A DNA stretch of 64,000 bases. Origin: the human T2T-CHM13v2.0 reference genome, Homo sapiens. The translations under genes were made by a program, and so were the position numbers. This document shows positions 41,421 through 54,600 of this stretch, piece by piece (within the stretch, counting starts at the first letter, position 1; each line of letters opens with the position of its first letter). The DNA lies in the NCBI RefSeq assembly GCF_009914755.1, contig NC_060937.1; one strand, written 5' to 3'. The notes below the pieces were generated by a model that saw nothing but the letters and a program-made list of their open reading frames with translations, made no database searches and was not told where the DNA came from.

Positions 41421-44400
41421 TCCTCCAAGCTATCCAAATATCCACTTGCATTTTCCACAAAAAGAGTGCTTCAAAACTGCTCTATCAATAAATGTTCAAC
41501 TCCTTTAGCTGGGTGCACACATCACAAACAAGTTTCTGAGAATGCTTCTGTCTAGTTTTTATGGGAAGACATTCCCTTTTTCACCAAAGGCATCAAAGCG
41601 CTCCAAATGTCCACTTCCAGACACTACAAAAAGAGTGTTTCCAACGTGCTCTAAGAAAGCGAATGTTCAACTCTGTGACTTGAATGCAGATATCACAAAG
41701 TAGTTTCTGAGAGGGCTTCTGTCTAGATTTTAGATGATGATATTCCCGTTTCCAACGAAATCATTAGAGCTATCCAAATATCCACTTACGGTTTCTACAA
41801 AAAGAGTGTTTCCAAACTGCTGCATCAAAAGAGAGGTTCCACTCTGTTAGCTGAGTACACACATCACAAACTTGTTTCTGAGAATCCTTCTGTGTCGTTT
41901 TTATGGGAAGATATTTACTTTTTCACCGTAGGCATCAAAGCGCTCCAAATGTCCACATCCAGATACTCCAGAAAGAGTGTTTCAAACCTGCTCTATGAAA
42001 GGGAATCTTCAACTCTATGAGTTGAATGCAGACATCAGAAAGAAATTTCTGAGAATGCTGCTGTCTACCTTTTATTTGAATTCCCGCTTCCAACGAAATC
42101 CTCCAAGCTATCCAAATATCCACTTGCAGATTCCACAAAAAGAGTGTTTCAAAACTGCTCTCTATCAATGGCAAAGTTCAACTCTGTTAGTTGAGGACAC
42201 ATATCACCAACAAGTTTCTGAGAATGCTTCTGTCTATTTTTTATGGGAAGATATTTCCTTTTTCACCGTAGGCGTCAAGGCGATCGAAATGTCCACTTCC
42301 ACAAACTACAAAAAGAGTGTTTCAAACCTGCTCTATGAAAGGCCATGTTCATCTCTATGAGTCGAATGGAAATATCCGAAAGAAATTTCTGGGAATGCTG
42401 CTGTCTAGTTTTTATACGAATTCCCGCTTCCAACGAAATCCTCAAAGCAATCCAAATATCCACTTGCAGAATCCACAAAAAGAGTGTTTCAAAACTGCTC
42501 TATCAATAGAAAGGTTCAACTCTTTTAGTTGAGTACACACATCACAAACAAGTTTCTGAGAATGCTTCTGTCTGGCTTTTATTGGAAGACGTTTCCTTTT
42601 CACCAAAGGCATCAAAGCGCTCCAAATGTCCACTTCCAGATTCTTCCAAAAGAGTGTTTGAAACGTGCTCAAAGTAAGGGAATGTTCAACTCTGTGACTT
42701 GAATGCAGATATCACCAAGTAGTTTCTAATAGTGCTTCTGTCTAGATTTTAGATGATGATATTCCCGTTTCCAACGAAATCGTTAGAGCTATCCAAATAT
42801 CCACTTACAGTTGCTACAAAAACAGTGTTTCCAAACTGCTGCATCAAAAGAAAGGTTCAACTCTGTTAGTTGAGGACACACGTCACAAAGAAGTTTGTGA
42901 GAATGCTTCTGTCTAGATTTTGTATGACGATATTCCCTTTTCCAACGATATCATTAAAGCAATCTAAATATCCATTTGCAGAATCCACAAAAATAGAGTT
43001 TCAAAGCTGCTCTGTAAAAAGAAAGGTTCCACTCTGTTAGCTGAGTACACACATCACAAACTTGTTTCTCAGAATCCTTCTGTCTCGTTTTTCTGGGAAG
43101 ATATTTACTTTTTCACCGTAGGCATCAAAGCGCTCCAAATGTCCACATCCAGATACTCCAGAAAGAGTGTTTCAAACCTGCTCTATGAAAGGGAATCTTC
43201 AACTCTATGAGTTGAATGCAGACATCAGAAAGAAATTTCTGAGAATGCTGCTGTCTACCTTTTATTTGAATTCCCGCTTCCAACGAAATCCTCCAAGCTA
43301 TCCAAATATCCACTTGCAGATTCCACAAAAAGAGTGTTTCAAAACTGCTCTCTATCAATGGCAAAGTTCAACTCTGTTAGTTGAGGACACATATCACCAA
43401 CAAGTTTCTGAGAATGCTTCTGTCTATTTTTTATGGGAAGATATTTCCTTTTTCACCGTAGGCGTCAAGGCGATCGAAATGTCCACTTCCACAAACTACA
43501 AAAAGAGTGTTTCAAACCTGCTCTATGAAAGGCCATGTTCATCTCTATGAGTCGAATGGAAATATCCGAAAGAAATTTCTGGGAATGCTGCTGTCTAGTT
43601 TTTATACGAATTCCCGCTTCCAACGAAATCCTCAAAGCAATCCAAATATCCACTTGCAGAATCCACAAAAAGAGTGTTTCAAAACTGCTCTATCAATAGA
43701 AAGGTTCAACTCTTTTAGTTGAGTACACACATCACAAACAAGTTTCTGAGAATGCTTCTGTCTGGCTTTTTTTGGAAGACGTTTCCTTTTCACCAAAGGC
43801 ATCAAAGCGCTCCAAATGTCCACTTCCAGATTCTTCCAAAAGAGTGTTTGAAACGTGCTCAAAGTAAGGGAATGTTCAACTCTGTGACTTGAATGCAGAT
43901 ATCACCAAGTAGTTTCTAATAGTGCTTCTGTCTAGATTTTAGATGATGATATTCCCGTTTCCAACGAAATCGTTAGAGCTATCCAAATATCCACTTACAG
44001 TTGCTACAAAAACAGTGTTTCCAAACTGCTGCATCAAAAGAAAGGTTCAACTCTGTTAGTTGAGGACACACATCACAAAGAAGTTTGTGAGAATGCTTCT
44101 GTCTAGATTTTGTATGACGATATTCCCTTTTCCAACGATATCGTTAAAGCAATCTAAATATCCATTTGCAGAATCCACAAAAATAGAGTTTCAAAGCTGC
44201 TCTGTAAAAAGAAAGGTTCCACTCTGTTAGCTGAGTACACACATCACAAACTTGTTTCTCAGAATCCTTCTGTCTCGTTTTTCTGGGAAGATATTTACTT
44301 TTTCACCGTAGGCATCAAAGCGCTCCAAATGTCCACATCCAGATACTCCAGAAAGAGTGTTTCAAACCTGCTCTATGAAAGGGAATCTTCAACTCTATGA

Positions 44401-45651
44401 GTTGAATGCAGACATCAGAAAGAAATTTCTGAGAATGCTGCTGTCTACCTTTTATTTGAATTCCCGCTTCCAACGAAATCCTCCAAGCTATCCAAATATC
44501 CACTTGCAGATTCCACAAAAAGAGTGTTTCAAAACTGCTCTCTATCAATGGCAAAGTTCAACTCTGTTAGTTGAGGACACATATCACCAACAAGTTTCTG
44601 AGAATGCTTCTGTCTATTTTTTATGGGAAGATATTTCCTTTTTCACCGTAGGCGTCAAGGCGATCGAAATGTCCACTTCCACAAACTACAAAAAGAGTGT
44701 TTCAAACCTGCTCTATGAAAGGCCATGTTCATCTCTATGAGTCGAATGGAAATATCCGAAAGAAATTTCTGGGAATGCTGCTGTCTAGTTTTTATACGAA
44801 TTCCCGCTTCCAACGAAATCCTCAAAGCAATCCAAATATCCACTTGCAGAATCCACAAAAAGAGTGTTTCAAAACTGCTCTATCAATAGAAAGGTTCAAC
44901 TCTTTTAGTTGAGTACACACATCACAAACAAGTTTCTGAGAATGCTTCTGTCTGGCTTTTATTGGAAGACGTTTCCTTTTCACCAAAGGCATCAAAGCGC
45001 TCCAAATGTCCACTTCCAGATTCTTCCAAAAGAGTGTTTGAAACGTGCTCAAAGTAAGGGAATGTTCAACTCTGTGACTTGAATGCAGATATCACCAAGT
45101 AGTTTCTAATAGTGCTTCTGTCTAGATTTTAGATGATGATATTCCCGTTTCCAACGAAATCGTTAGAGCTATCCAAATATCCACTTACAGTTGCTACAAA
45201 AACAGTGTTTCCAAACTGCTGCATCAAAAGAAAGGTTCAACTCTGTTAGTTGAGGACACACATCACAAAGAAGTTTGTGAGAATGCTTCTGTCTAGATTT
45301 TGTATGACCATATTCCCTTTTCCAGCGATATCATTAAAGCAATCTAAATATCCATTTGCAGAATCCACAAAAATAGAGTTTCAAAGCTGCTCTGTAAAAA
45401 GAAAGGTTCCACTCTGTTAGCTGAGTACACACATCACAAACTTGTTTCTCAGAATCCTTCTGTCTCGTTTTTATGGGAAGATATTTACTTTTTCACCGTA
45501 GGCATCAAAGCGCTCCAAATGTCCACATCCAGATACTCCAGAAAGAGTGTTTCAAACCTGCTCTATGAAAGGGAATCTTCAACTCTATGAGTTGAATGCA
45601 GACATCAGAAAGAAATTTCTGAGAATGCTGCTGTCTACCTTTTATTTGAAC

Positions 45652-45668
45652 TCCTGCTTCCAACGAAA
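45652..45668 (-). promoter_or_regulatory. Mutated CENP-B box (CpG>TpG) in a 4-mer, duplicate of 41404
   Basis: Same allele at 45655, 4248 bp after 41407. Confidence 0.88.
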
Positions 45669-48600
45669 TCCTCCAAGCTATCCAAATATCCACTTGCATT
45701 TTCCACAAAAAGAGTGCTTCAAAACTGCTCTATCAATAAATGTTCAACTCCTTTAGCTGGGTGCACACATCACAAACAAGTTTCTGAGAATGCTTCTGTC
45801 TAGTTTTTATGGGAAGACATTCCCTTTTTCACCAAAGGCATCAAAGCGCTCCAAATGTCCACTTCCAGACACTACAAAAAGAGTGTTTCCAACGTGCTCT
45901 AAGAAAGCGAATGTTCAACTCTGTGACTTGAATGCAGATATCACAAAGTAGTTTCTGAGAGGGCTTCTGTCTAGATTTTAGATGATGATATTCCCGTTTC
46001 CAACGAAATCATTAGAGCTATCCAAATATCCACTTACGGTTTCTACAAAAAGAGTGTTTCCAAACTGCTGCATCAAAAGAGAGGTTCCACTCTGTTAGCT
46101 GAGTACACACATCACAAACTTGTTTCTGAGAATCCTTCTGTGTCGTTTTTATGGGAAGATATTTACTTTTTCACCGTAGGCATCAAAGCGCTCCAAATGT
46201 CCACATCCAGATACTCCAGAAAGAGTGTTTCAAACCTGCTCTATGAAAGGGAATCTTCAACTCTATGAGTTGAATGCAGACATCAGAAAGAAATTTCTGA
46301 GAATGCTGCTGTCTACCTTTTATTTGAATTCCCGCTTCCAACGAAATCCTCCAAGCTATCCAAATATCCACTTGCAGATTCCACAAAAAGAGTGTTTCAA
46401 AACTGCTCTCTATCAATGGCAAAGTTCAACTCTGTTAGTTGAGGACACATATCACCAACAAGTTTCTGAGAATGCTTCTGTCTATTTTTTATGGGAAGAT
46501 ATTTCCTTTTTCACCGTAGGCGTCAAGGCGATCGAAATGTCCACTTCCACAAACTACAAAAAGAGTGTTTCAAACCTGCTCTATGAAAGGCCATGTTCAT
46601 CTCTATGAGTCGAATGGAAATATCCGAAAGAAATTTCTGGGAATGCTGCTGTCTAGTTTTTATACGAATTCCCGCTTCCAACGAAATCCTCAAAGCAATC
46701 CAAATATCCACTTGCAGAATCCACAAAAAGAGTGTTTCAAAACTGCTCTATCAATAGAAAGGTTCAACTCTTTTAGTTGAGTACACACATCACAAACAAG
46801 TTTCTGAGAATGCTTCTGTCTGGCTTTTTTTGGAAGACGTTTCCTTTTCACCAAAGGCATCAAAGCGCTCCAAATGTCCACTTCCAGATTCTTCCAAAAG
46901 AGTGTTTGAAACGTGCTCAAAGTAAGGGAATGTTCAACTCTGTGACTTGAATGCAGATATCACCAAGTAGTTTCTAATAGTGCTTCTGTCTAGATTTTAG
47001 ATGATGATATTCCCGTTTCCAACGAAATCGTTAGAGCTATCCAAATATCCACTTACAGTTGCTACAAAAACAGTGTTTCCAAACTGCTGCATCAAAAGAA
47101 AGGTTCAACTCTGTTAGTTGAGGACACACATCACAAAGAAGTTTGTGAGAATGCTTCTGTCTAGATTTTGTATGACGATATTCCCTTTTCCAACGATATC
47201 GTTAAAGCAATCTAAATATCCATTTGCAGAATCCACAAAAATAGAGTTTCAAAGCTGCTCTGTAAAAAGAAAGGTTCCACTCTGTTAGCTGAGTACACAC
47301 ATCACAAACTTGTTTCTCAGAATCCTTCTGTCTCGTTTTTCTGGGAAGATATTTACTTTTTCACCGTAGGCATCAAAGCGCTCCAAATGTCCACATCCAG
47401 ATACTCCAGAAAGAGTGTTTCAAACCTGCTCTATGAAAGGGAATCTTCAACTCTATGAGTTGAATGCAGACATCAGAAAGAAATTTCTGAGAATGCTGCT
47501 GTCTACCTTTTATTTGAATTCCCGCTTCCAACGAAATCCTCCAAGCTATCCAAATATCCACTTGCAGATTCCACAAAAAGAGTGTTTCAAAACTGCTCTC
47601 TATCAATGGCAAAGTTCAACTCTGTTAGTTGAGGACACATATCACCAACAAGTTTCTGAGAATGCTTCTGTCTATTTTTTATGGGAAGATATTTCCTTTT
47701 TCACCGTAGGCGTCAAGGCGATCGAAATGTCCACTTCCACAAACTACAAAAAGAGTGTTTCAAACCTGCTCTATGAAAGGCCATGTTCATCTCTATGAGT
47801 CGAATGGAAATATCCGAAAGAAATTTCTGGGAATGCTGCTGTCTAGTTTTTATACGAATTCCCGCTTCCAACGAAATCCTCAAAGCAATCCTAATATCCA
47901 CTTGCAGAATCCACAAAAAGAGTGTTTCAAAACTGCTCTATCAATAGAAAGGTTCAACTCTTTTAGTTGAGTACACACATCACAAACAAGTTTCTGAGAA
48001 TGCTTCTGTCTGGCTTTTATTGGAAGACGTTTCCTTTTCACCAAAGGCATCAAAGCGCTCCAAATGTCCACTTCCAGATTCTTCCAAAAGAGTGTTTGAA
48101 ACGTGCTCAAAGTAAGGGAATGTTCAACTCTGTGACTTGAATGCAGATATCACCAAGTAGTTTCTAATAGTGCTTCTGTCTAGATTTTAGATGATGATAT
48201 TCCCGTTTCCAACGAAATCGTTAGAGCTATCCAAATATCCACTTACAGTTGCTACAAAAACAGTGTTTCCAAACTGCTGCATCAAAAGAAAGGTTCAACT
48301 CTGTTAGTTGAGGACACACATCACAAAGAAGTTTGTGAGAATGCTTCTGTCTAGATTTTGTATGACGATATTCCCTTTTCCAACGATATCGTTAAAGCAA
48401 TCTAAGTATCCATTTGCAGAATCCACAAAAATAGAGTTTCAAAGCTGCTCTGTAAAAAGAAAGGTTCCACTCTGTTAGCTGAGTACACACATCACAAACT
48501 TGTTTCTCAGAATCCTTCTGTCTCGTTTTTCTGGGAAGATATTTACTTTTTCACCGTAGGCATCAAAGCGCTCCAAATGTCCACATCCAGATACTCCAGA

Positions 48601-51600
48601 AAGAGTGTTTCAAACCTGCTCTATGAAAGGGAATCTTCAACTCTATGAGTTGAATGCAGACATCAGAAAGAAATTTCTGAGAATGCTGCTGTCTACCTTT
48701 TATTTGAATTCCCGCTTCCAACGAAATCCTCCAAGCTATCCAAATATCCACTTGCAGATTCCACAAAAAGAGTGTTTCAAAACTGCTCTCTATCAATGGC
48801 AAAGTTCAACTCTGTTAGTTGAGGACACATATCACCAACAAGTTTCTGAGAATGCTTCTGTCTATTTTTTATGGGAAGATATTTCCTTTTTCACCGTAGG
48901 CGTCAAGGCGATCGAAATGTCCACTTCCACAAACTACAAAAAGAGTGTTTCAAACCTGCTCTATGAAAGGCCATGTTCATCTCTATGAGTCGAATGGAAA
49001 TATCCGAAAGAAATTTCTGGGAATGCTGCTGTCTAGTTTTTATACGAATTCCCGCTTCCAACGAAATCCTCAAAGCAATCCAAATATCCACTTGCAGAAT
49101 CCACAAAAAGAGTGTTTCAAAACTGCTCTATCAATAGAAAGGTTCAACTCTTTTAGTTGAGTACACACATCACAAACAAGTTTCTGAGAATGCTTCTGTC
49201 TGGCTTTTATTGGAAGACGTTTCCTTTTCACCAAAGGCATCAAAGCGCTCCAAATGTCCACTTCCAGATTCTTCCAAAAGAGTGTTTGAAACGTGCTCAA
49301 AGTAAGGGAATGTTCAACTCTGTGACTTGAATGCAGATATCACCAAGTAGTTTCTAATAGTGCTTCTGTCTAGATTTTAGATGATGATATTCCCGTTTCC
49401 AACGAAATCGTTAGAGCTATCCAAATATCCACTTACAGTTTCTACAAAAAGAGTGTTTCCAAACTGCTGCATCAAAAGAAAGGTTCAACTCTGTTAGTTG
49501 AGGACACACATCACAAAGAAGTTTGTGAGAATGCTTCTGTCTAGATTTTGTATGACCATATTCCCTTTTCCAGCGATATCATTAAAGCAATCTAAATATC
49601 CATTTGCAGAATCCACAAAAATAGAGTTTCAAAGCTGCTCTGTAAAAAGAAAGGTTCCACTCTGTTAGCTGAGTACACACATCACAAACTTGTTTCTCAG
49701 AATCCTTCTGTCTCGTTTTTCTGGGAAGATATTTACTTTTTCACCATAGGCATCAAAGCGCTCCAAATGTCCACATCCAGATACTCCAGAAAGAGTGTTT
49801 CAAACCTGCTCTATGAAAGGGAATCTTCAACTCTATGAGTTGAATGCAGACATCAGAAAGAAATTTCTGAGAATGCTGCTGTCTACCTTTTATTTGAACT
49901 CCCGCTTCCAACGAAATCCTCCAAGCTATCCAAATATCCACTTGCATTTTCCACAAAAAGAGTGCTTCAAAACTGCTCTATCAATAAATGTTCAACTCCT
50001 TTAGCTGGGTGCACACATCACAAACAAGTTTCTGAGAATGCTTCTGTCTAGTTTTTATGGGAAGACATTCCCTTTTTCACCAAAGGCATCAAAGCGCTCC
50101 AAATGTCCACTTCCAGACACTACAAAAAGAGTGTTTCCAACGTGCTCTAAGAAAGCGAATGTTCAACTCTGTGACTTGAATGCAGATATCACAAAGTAGT
50201 TTCTGAGAGGGCTTCTGTCTAGATTTTAGATGATGATATTCCCGTTTCCAACGAAATCATTAGAGCTATCCAAATATCCACTTACGGTTTCTACAAAAAG
50301 AGTGTTTCCAAACTGCTGCATCAAAAGAGAGGTTCCACTCTGTTAGCTGAGTACACACATCACAAACTTGTTTCTGAGAATCCTTCTGTGTCGTTTTTAT
50401 GGGAAGATATTTACTTTTTCACCGTAGGCATCAAAGCGCTCCAAATGTCCACATCCAGATACTCCAGAAAGAGTGTTTCAAACCTGCTCTATGAAAGGGA
50501 ATCTTCAACTCTATGAGTTGAATGCAGACATCAGAAAGAAATTTCTGAGAATGCTGCTGTCTACCTTTTATTTGAATTCCCGCTTCCAACGAAATCCTCC
50601 AAGCTATCCAAATATCCACTTGCAGATTCCACAAAAAGAGTGTTTCAAAACTGCTCTCTATCAATGGCAAAGTTCAACTCTGTTAGTTGAGGACACATAT
50701 CACCAACAAGTTTCTGAGAATGCTTCTGTCTATTTTTTATGGGAAGATATTTCCTTTTTCACCGTAGGCGTCAAGGCGATCGAAATGTCCACTTCCACAA
50801 ACTACAAAAAGAGTGTTTCAAACCTGCTCTATGAAAGGCCATGTTCATCTCTATGAGTCGAATGGAAATATCCGAAAGAAATTTCTGGGAATGCTGCTGT
50901 CTAGTTTTTATACGAATTCCCGCTTCCAACGAAATCCTCAAAGCAATCCAAATATCCACTTGCAGAATCCACAAAAAGAGTGTTTCAAAACTGCTCTATC
51001 AATAGAAAGGTTCAACTCTTTTAGTTGAGTACACACATCACAAACAAGTTTCTGAGAATGCTTCTGTCTGGCTTTTATTGGAAGACGTTTCCTTTTCACC
51101 AAAGGCATCAAAGCGCTCCAAATGTCCACTTCCAGATTCTTCCAAAAGAGTGTTTGAAACGTGCTCAAAGTAAGGGAATGTTCAACTCTGTGACTTGAAT
51201 GCAGATATCACCAAGTAGTTTCTAATAGTGCTTCTGTCTAGATTTTAGATGATGATATTCCCGTTTCCAACGAAATCGTTAGAGCTATCCAAATATCCAC
51301 TTACAGTTGCTACAAAAACAGTGTTTCCAAACTGCTGCATCAAAAGAAAGGTTCAACTCTGTTAGTTGAGGACACACATCACAAAGAAGTTTGTGAGAAT
51401 GCTTCTGTCTAGATTTTGTATGACGATATTCCCTTTTCCAACGATATCGTTAAAGCAATCTAAATATCCATTTGCAGAATCCACAAAAATAGAGTTTCAA
51501 AGCTGCTCTGTAAAAAGAAAGGTTCCACTCTGTTAGCTGAGTACACACATCACAAACTTGTTTCTCAGAATCCTTCTGTCTCGTTTTTCTGGGAAGATAT

Positions 51601-54600
51601 TTACTTTTTCACCGTAGGCATCAAAGCGCTCCAAATGTCCACATCCAGATACTCCAGAAAGAGTGTTTCAAACCTGCTCTATGAAAGGGAATCTTCAACT
51701 CTATGAGTTGAATGCAGACATCAGAAAGAAATTTCTGAGAATGCTGCTGTCTACCTTTTATTTGAATTCCCGCTTCCAACGAAATCCTCCAAGCTATCCA
51801 AATATCCACTTGCAGATTCCACAAAAAGAGTGTTTCAAAACTGCTCTCTATCAATGGCAAAGTTCAACTCTGTTAGTTGAGGACACATATCACCAACAAG
51901 TTTCTGAGAATGCTTCTGTCTATTTTTTATGGGAAGATATTTCCTTTTTCACCGTAGGCGTCAAGGCGATCGAAATGTCCACTTCCACAAACTACAAAAA
52001 GAGTGTTTCAAACCTGCTCTATGAAAGGCCATGTTCATCTCTATGAGTCGAATGGAAATATCCGAAAGAAATTTCTGGGAATGCTGCTGTCTAGTTTTTA
52101 TACGAATTCCCGCTTCCAACGAAATCCTCAAAGCAATCCAAATATCCACTTGCAGAATCCACAAAAAGAGTGTTTCAAAACTGCTCTATCAATAGAAAGG
52201 TTCAACTCTTTTAGTTGAGTACACACATCACAAACAAGTTTCTGAGAATGCTTCTGTCTGGCTTTTATTGGAAGACGTTTCCTTTTCACCAAAGGCATCA
52301 AAGCGCTCCAAATGTCCACTTCCAGATTCTTCCAAAAGAGTGTTTGAAACGTGCTCAAAGTAAGGGAATGTTCAACTCTGTGACTTGAATGCAGATATCA
52401 CCAAGTAGTTTCTAATAGTGCTTCTGTCTAGATTTTAGATGATGATATTCCCGTTTCCAACGAAATCGTTAGAGCTATCCAAATATCCACTTACAGTTTC
52501 TACAAAAAGAGTGTTTCCAAACTGCTGCATCAAAAGAAAGGTTCAACTCTGTTAGTTGAGGACACACATCACAAAGAAGTTTGTGAGAATGCTTCTGTCT
52601 AGATTTTGTATGACCATATTCCCTTTTCCAGCGATATCATTAAAGCAATCTAAATATCCATTTGCAGAATCCACAAAAATAGAGTTTCAAAGCTGCTCTG
52701 TAAAAAGAAAGGTTCCACTCTGTTAGCTGAGTACACACATCACAAACTTGTTTCTCAGAATCCTTCTGTCTCGTTTTTATGGGAAGATATTTACTTTTTC
52801 ACCGTAGGCATCAAAGCGCTCCAAATGTCCACATCCAGATACTCCAGAAAGAGTGTTTCAAACCTGCTCTATGAAAGGGAATCTTCAACTCTATGAGTTG
52901 AATGCAGACATCAGAAAGAAATTTCTGAGAATGCTGCTGTCTACCTTTTATTTGAACTCCCGCTTCCAACGAAATCCTCCAAGCTATCCAAATATCCACT
53001 TGCATTTTCCACAAAAAGAGTGCTTCAAAACTGCTCTATCAATAAATGTTCAACTCCTTTAGCTGGGTGCACACATCACAAACAAGTTTCTGAGAATGCT
53101 TCTGTCTAGTTTTTATGGGAAGACATTCCCTTTTTCACCAAAGGCATCAAAGCGCTCCAAATGTCCACTTCCAGACACTACAAAAAGAGTGTTTCCAACG
53201 TGCTCTAAGAAAGCGAATGTTCAACTCTGTGACTTGAATGCAGATATCACAAAGTAGTTTCTGAGAGGGCTTCTGTCTAGATTTTAGATGATGATATTCC
53301 CGTTTCCAACGAAATCATTAGAGCTATCCAAATATCCACTTACAGTTTCTACAAAAAGAGTGTTTCCAAACTGCTGCATCAAAAGAGAGGTTCCACTCTG
53401 TTAGCTGAGTACACACATCACAAACTTGTTTCTCAGAATCCTTCTGTCTCGTTTTTCTGGGAAGATATTTACTTTTTCACCGTAGGCATCAAAGCGCTCC
53501 AAATGTCCACATCCAGATACTCCAGAAAGAGTGTTTCAAACCTGCTCTATGAAAGGGAATCTTCAACTCTATGAGTTGAATGCAGACATCAGAAAGAAAT
53601 TTCTGAGAATGCTGCTGTCTACCTTTTATTTGAATTCCCGCTTCCAACGAAATCCTCCAAGCTATCCAAATATCCACTTGCAGATTCCACAAAAAGAGTG
53701 TTTCAAAACTGCTCTCTATCAATGGCAAAGTTCAACTCTGTTAGTTGAGGACACATATCACCAACAAGTTTCTGAGAATGCTTCTGTCTATTTTTTATGG
53801 GAAGATATTTCCTTTTTCACCGTAGGCGTCAAGGCGATCGAAATGTCCACTTCCACAAACTACAAAAAGAGTGTTTCAAACCTGCTCTATGAAAGGCCAT
53901 GTTCATCTCTATGAGTCGAATGGAAATATCCGAAAGAAATTTCTGGGAATGCTGCTGTCTAGTTTTTATACGAATTCCCGCTTCCAACGAAATCCTCAAA
54001 GCAATCCAAATATCCACTTGCAGAATCCACAAAAAGAGTGTTTCAAAACTGCTCTATCAATAGAAAGGTTCAACTCTTTTAGTTGAGTACACACATCACA
54101 AACAAGTTTCTGAGAATGCTTCTGTCTGGCTTTTATTGGAAGACGTTTCCTTTTCACCAAAGGCATCAAAGCGCTCCAAATGTCCACTTCCAGATTCTTC
54201 CAAAAGAGTGTTTGAAACGTGCTCAAAGTAAGGGAATGTTCAACTCTGTGACTTGAATGCAGATATCACCAAGTAGTTTCTAATAGTGCTTCTGTCTAGA
54301 TTTTAGATGATGATATTCCCGTTTCCAACGAAATCGTTAGAGCTATCCAAATATCCACTTACAGTTGCTACAAAAACAGTGTTTCCAAACTGCTGCATCA
54401 AAAGAAAGGTTCAACTCTGTTAGTTGAGGACACACATCACAAAGAAGTTTGTGAGAATGCTTCTGTCTAGATTTTGTATGACGATATTCCCTTTTCCAAC
54501 GATATCGTTAAAGCAATCTAAATATCCATTTGCAGAATCCACAAAAATAGAGTTTCAAAGCTGCTCTGTAAAAAGAAAGGTTCCACTCTGTTAGCTGAGT

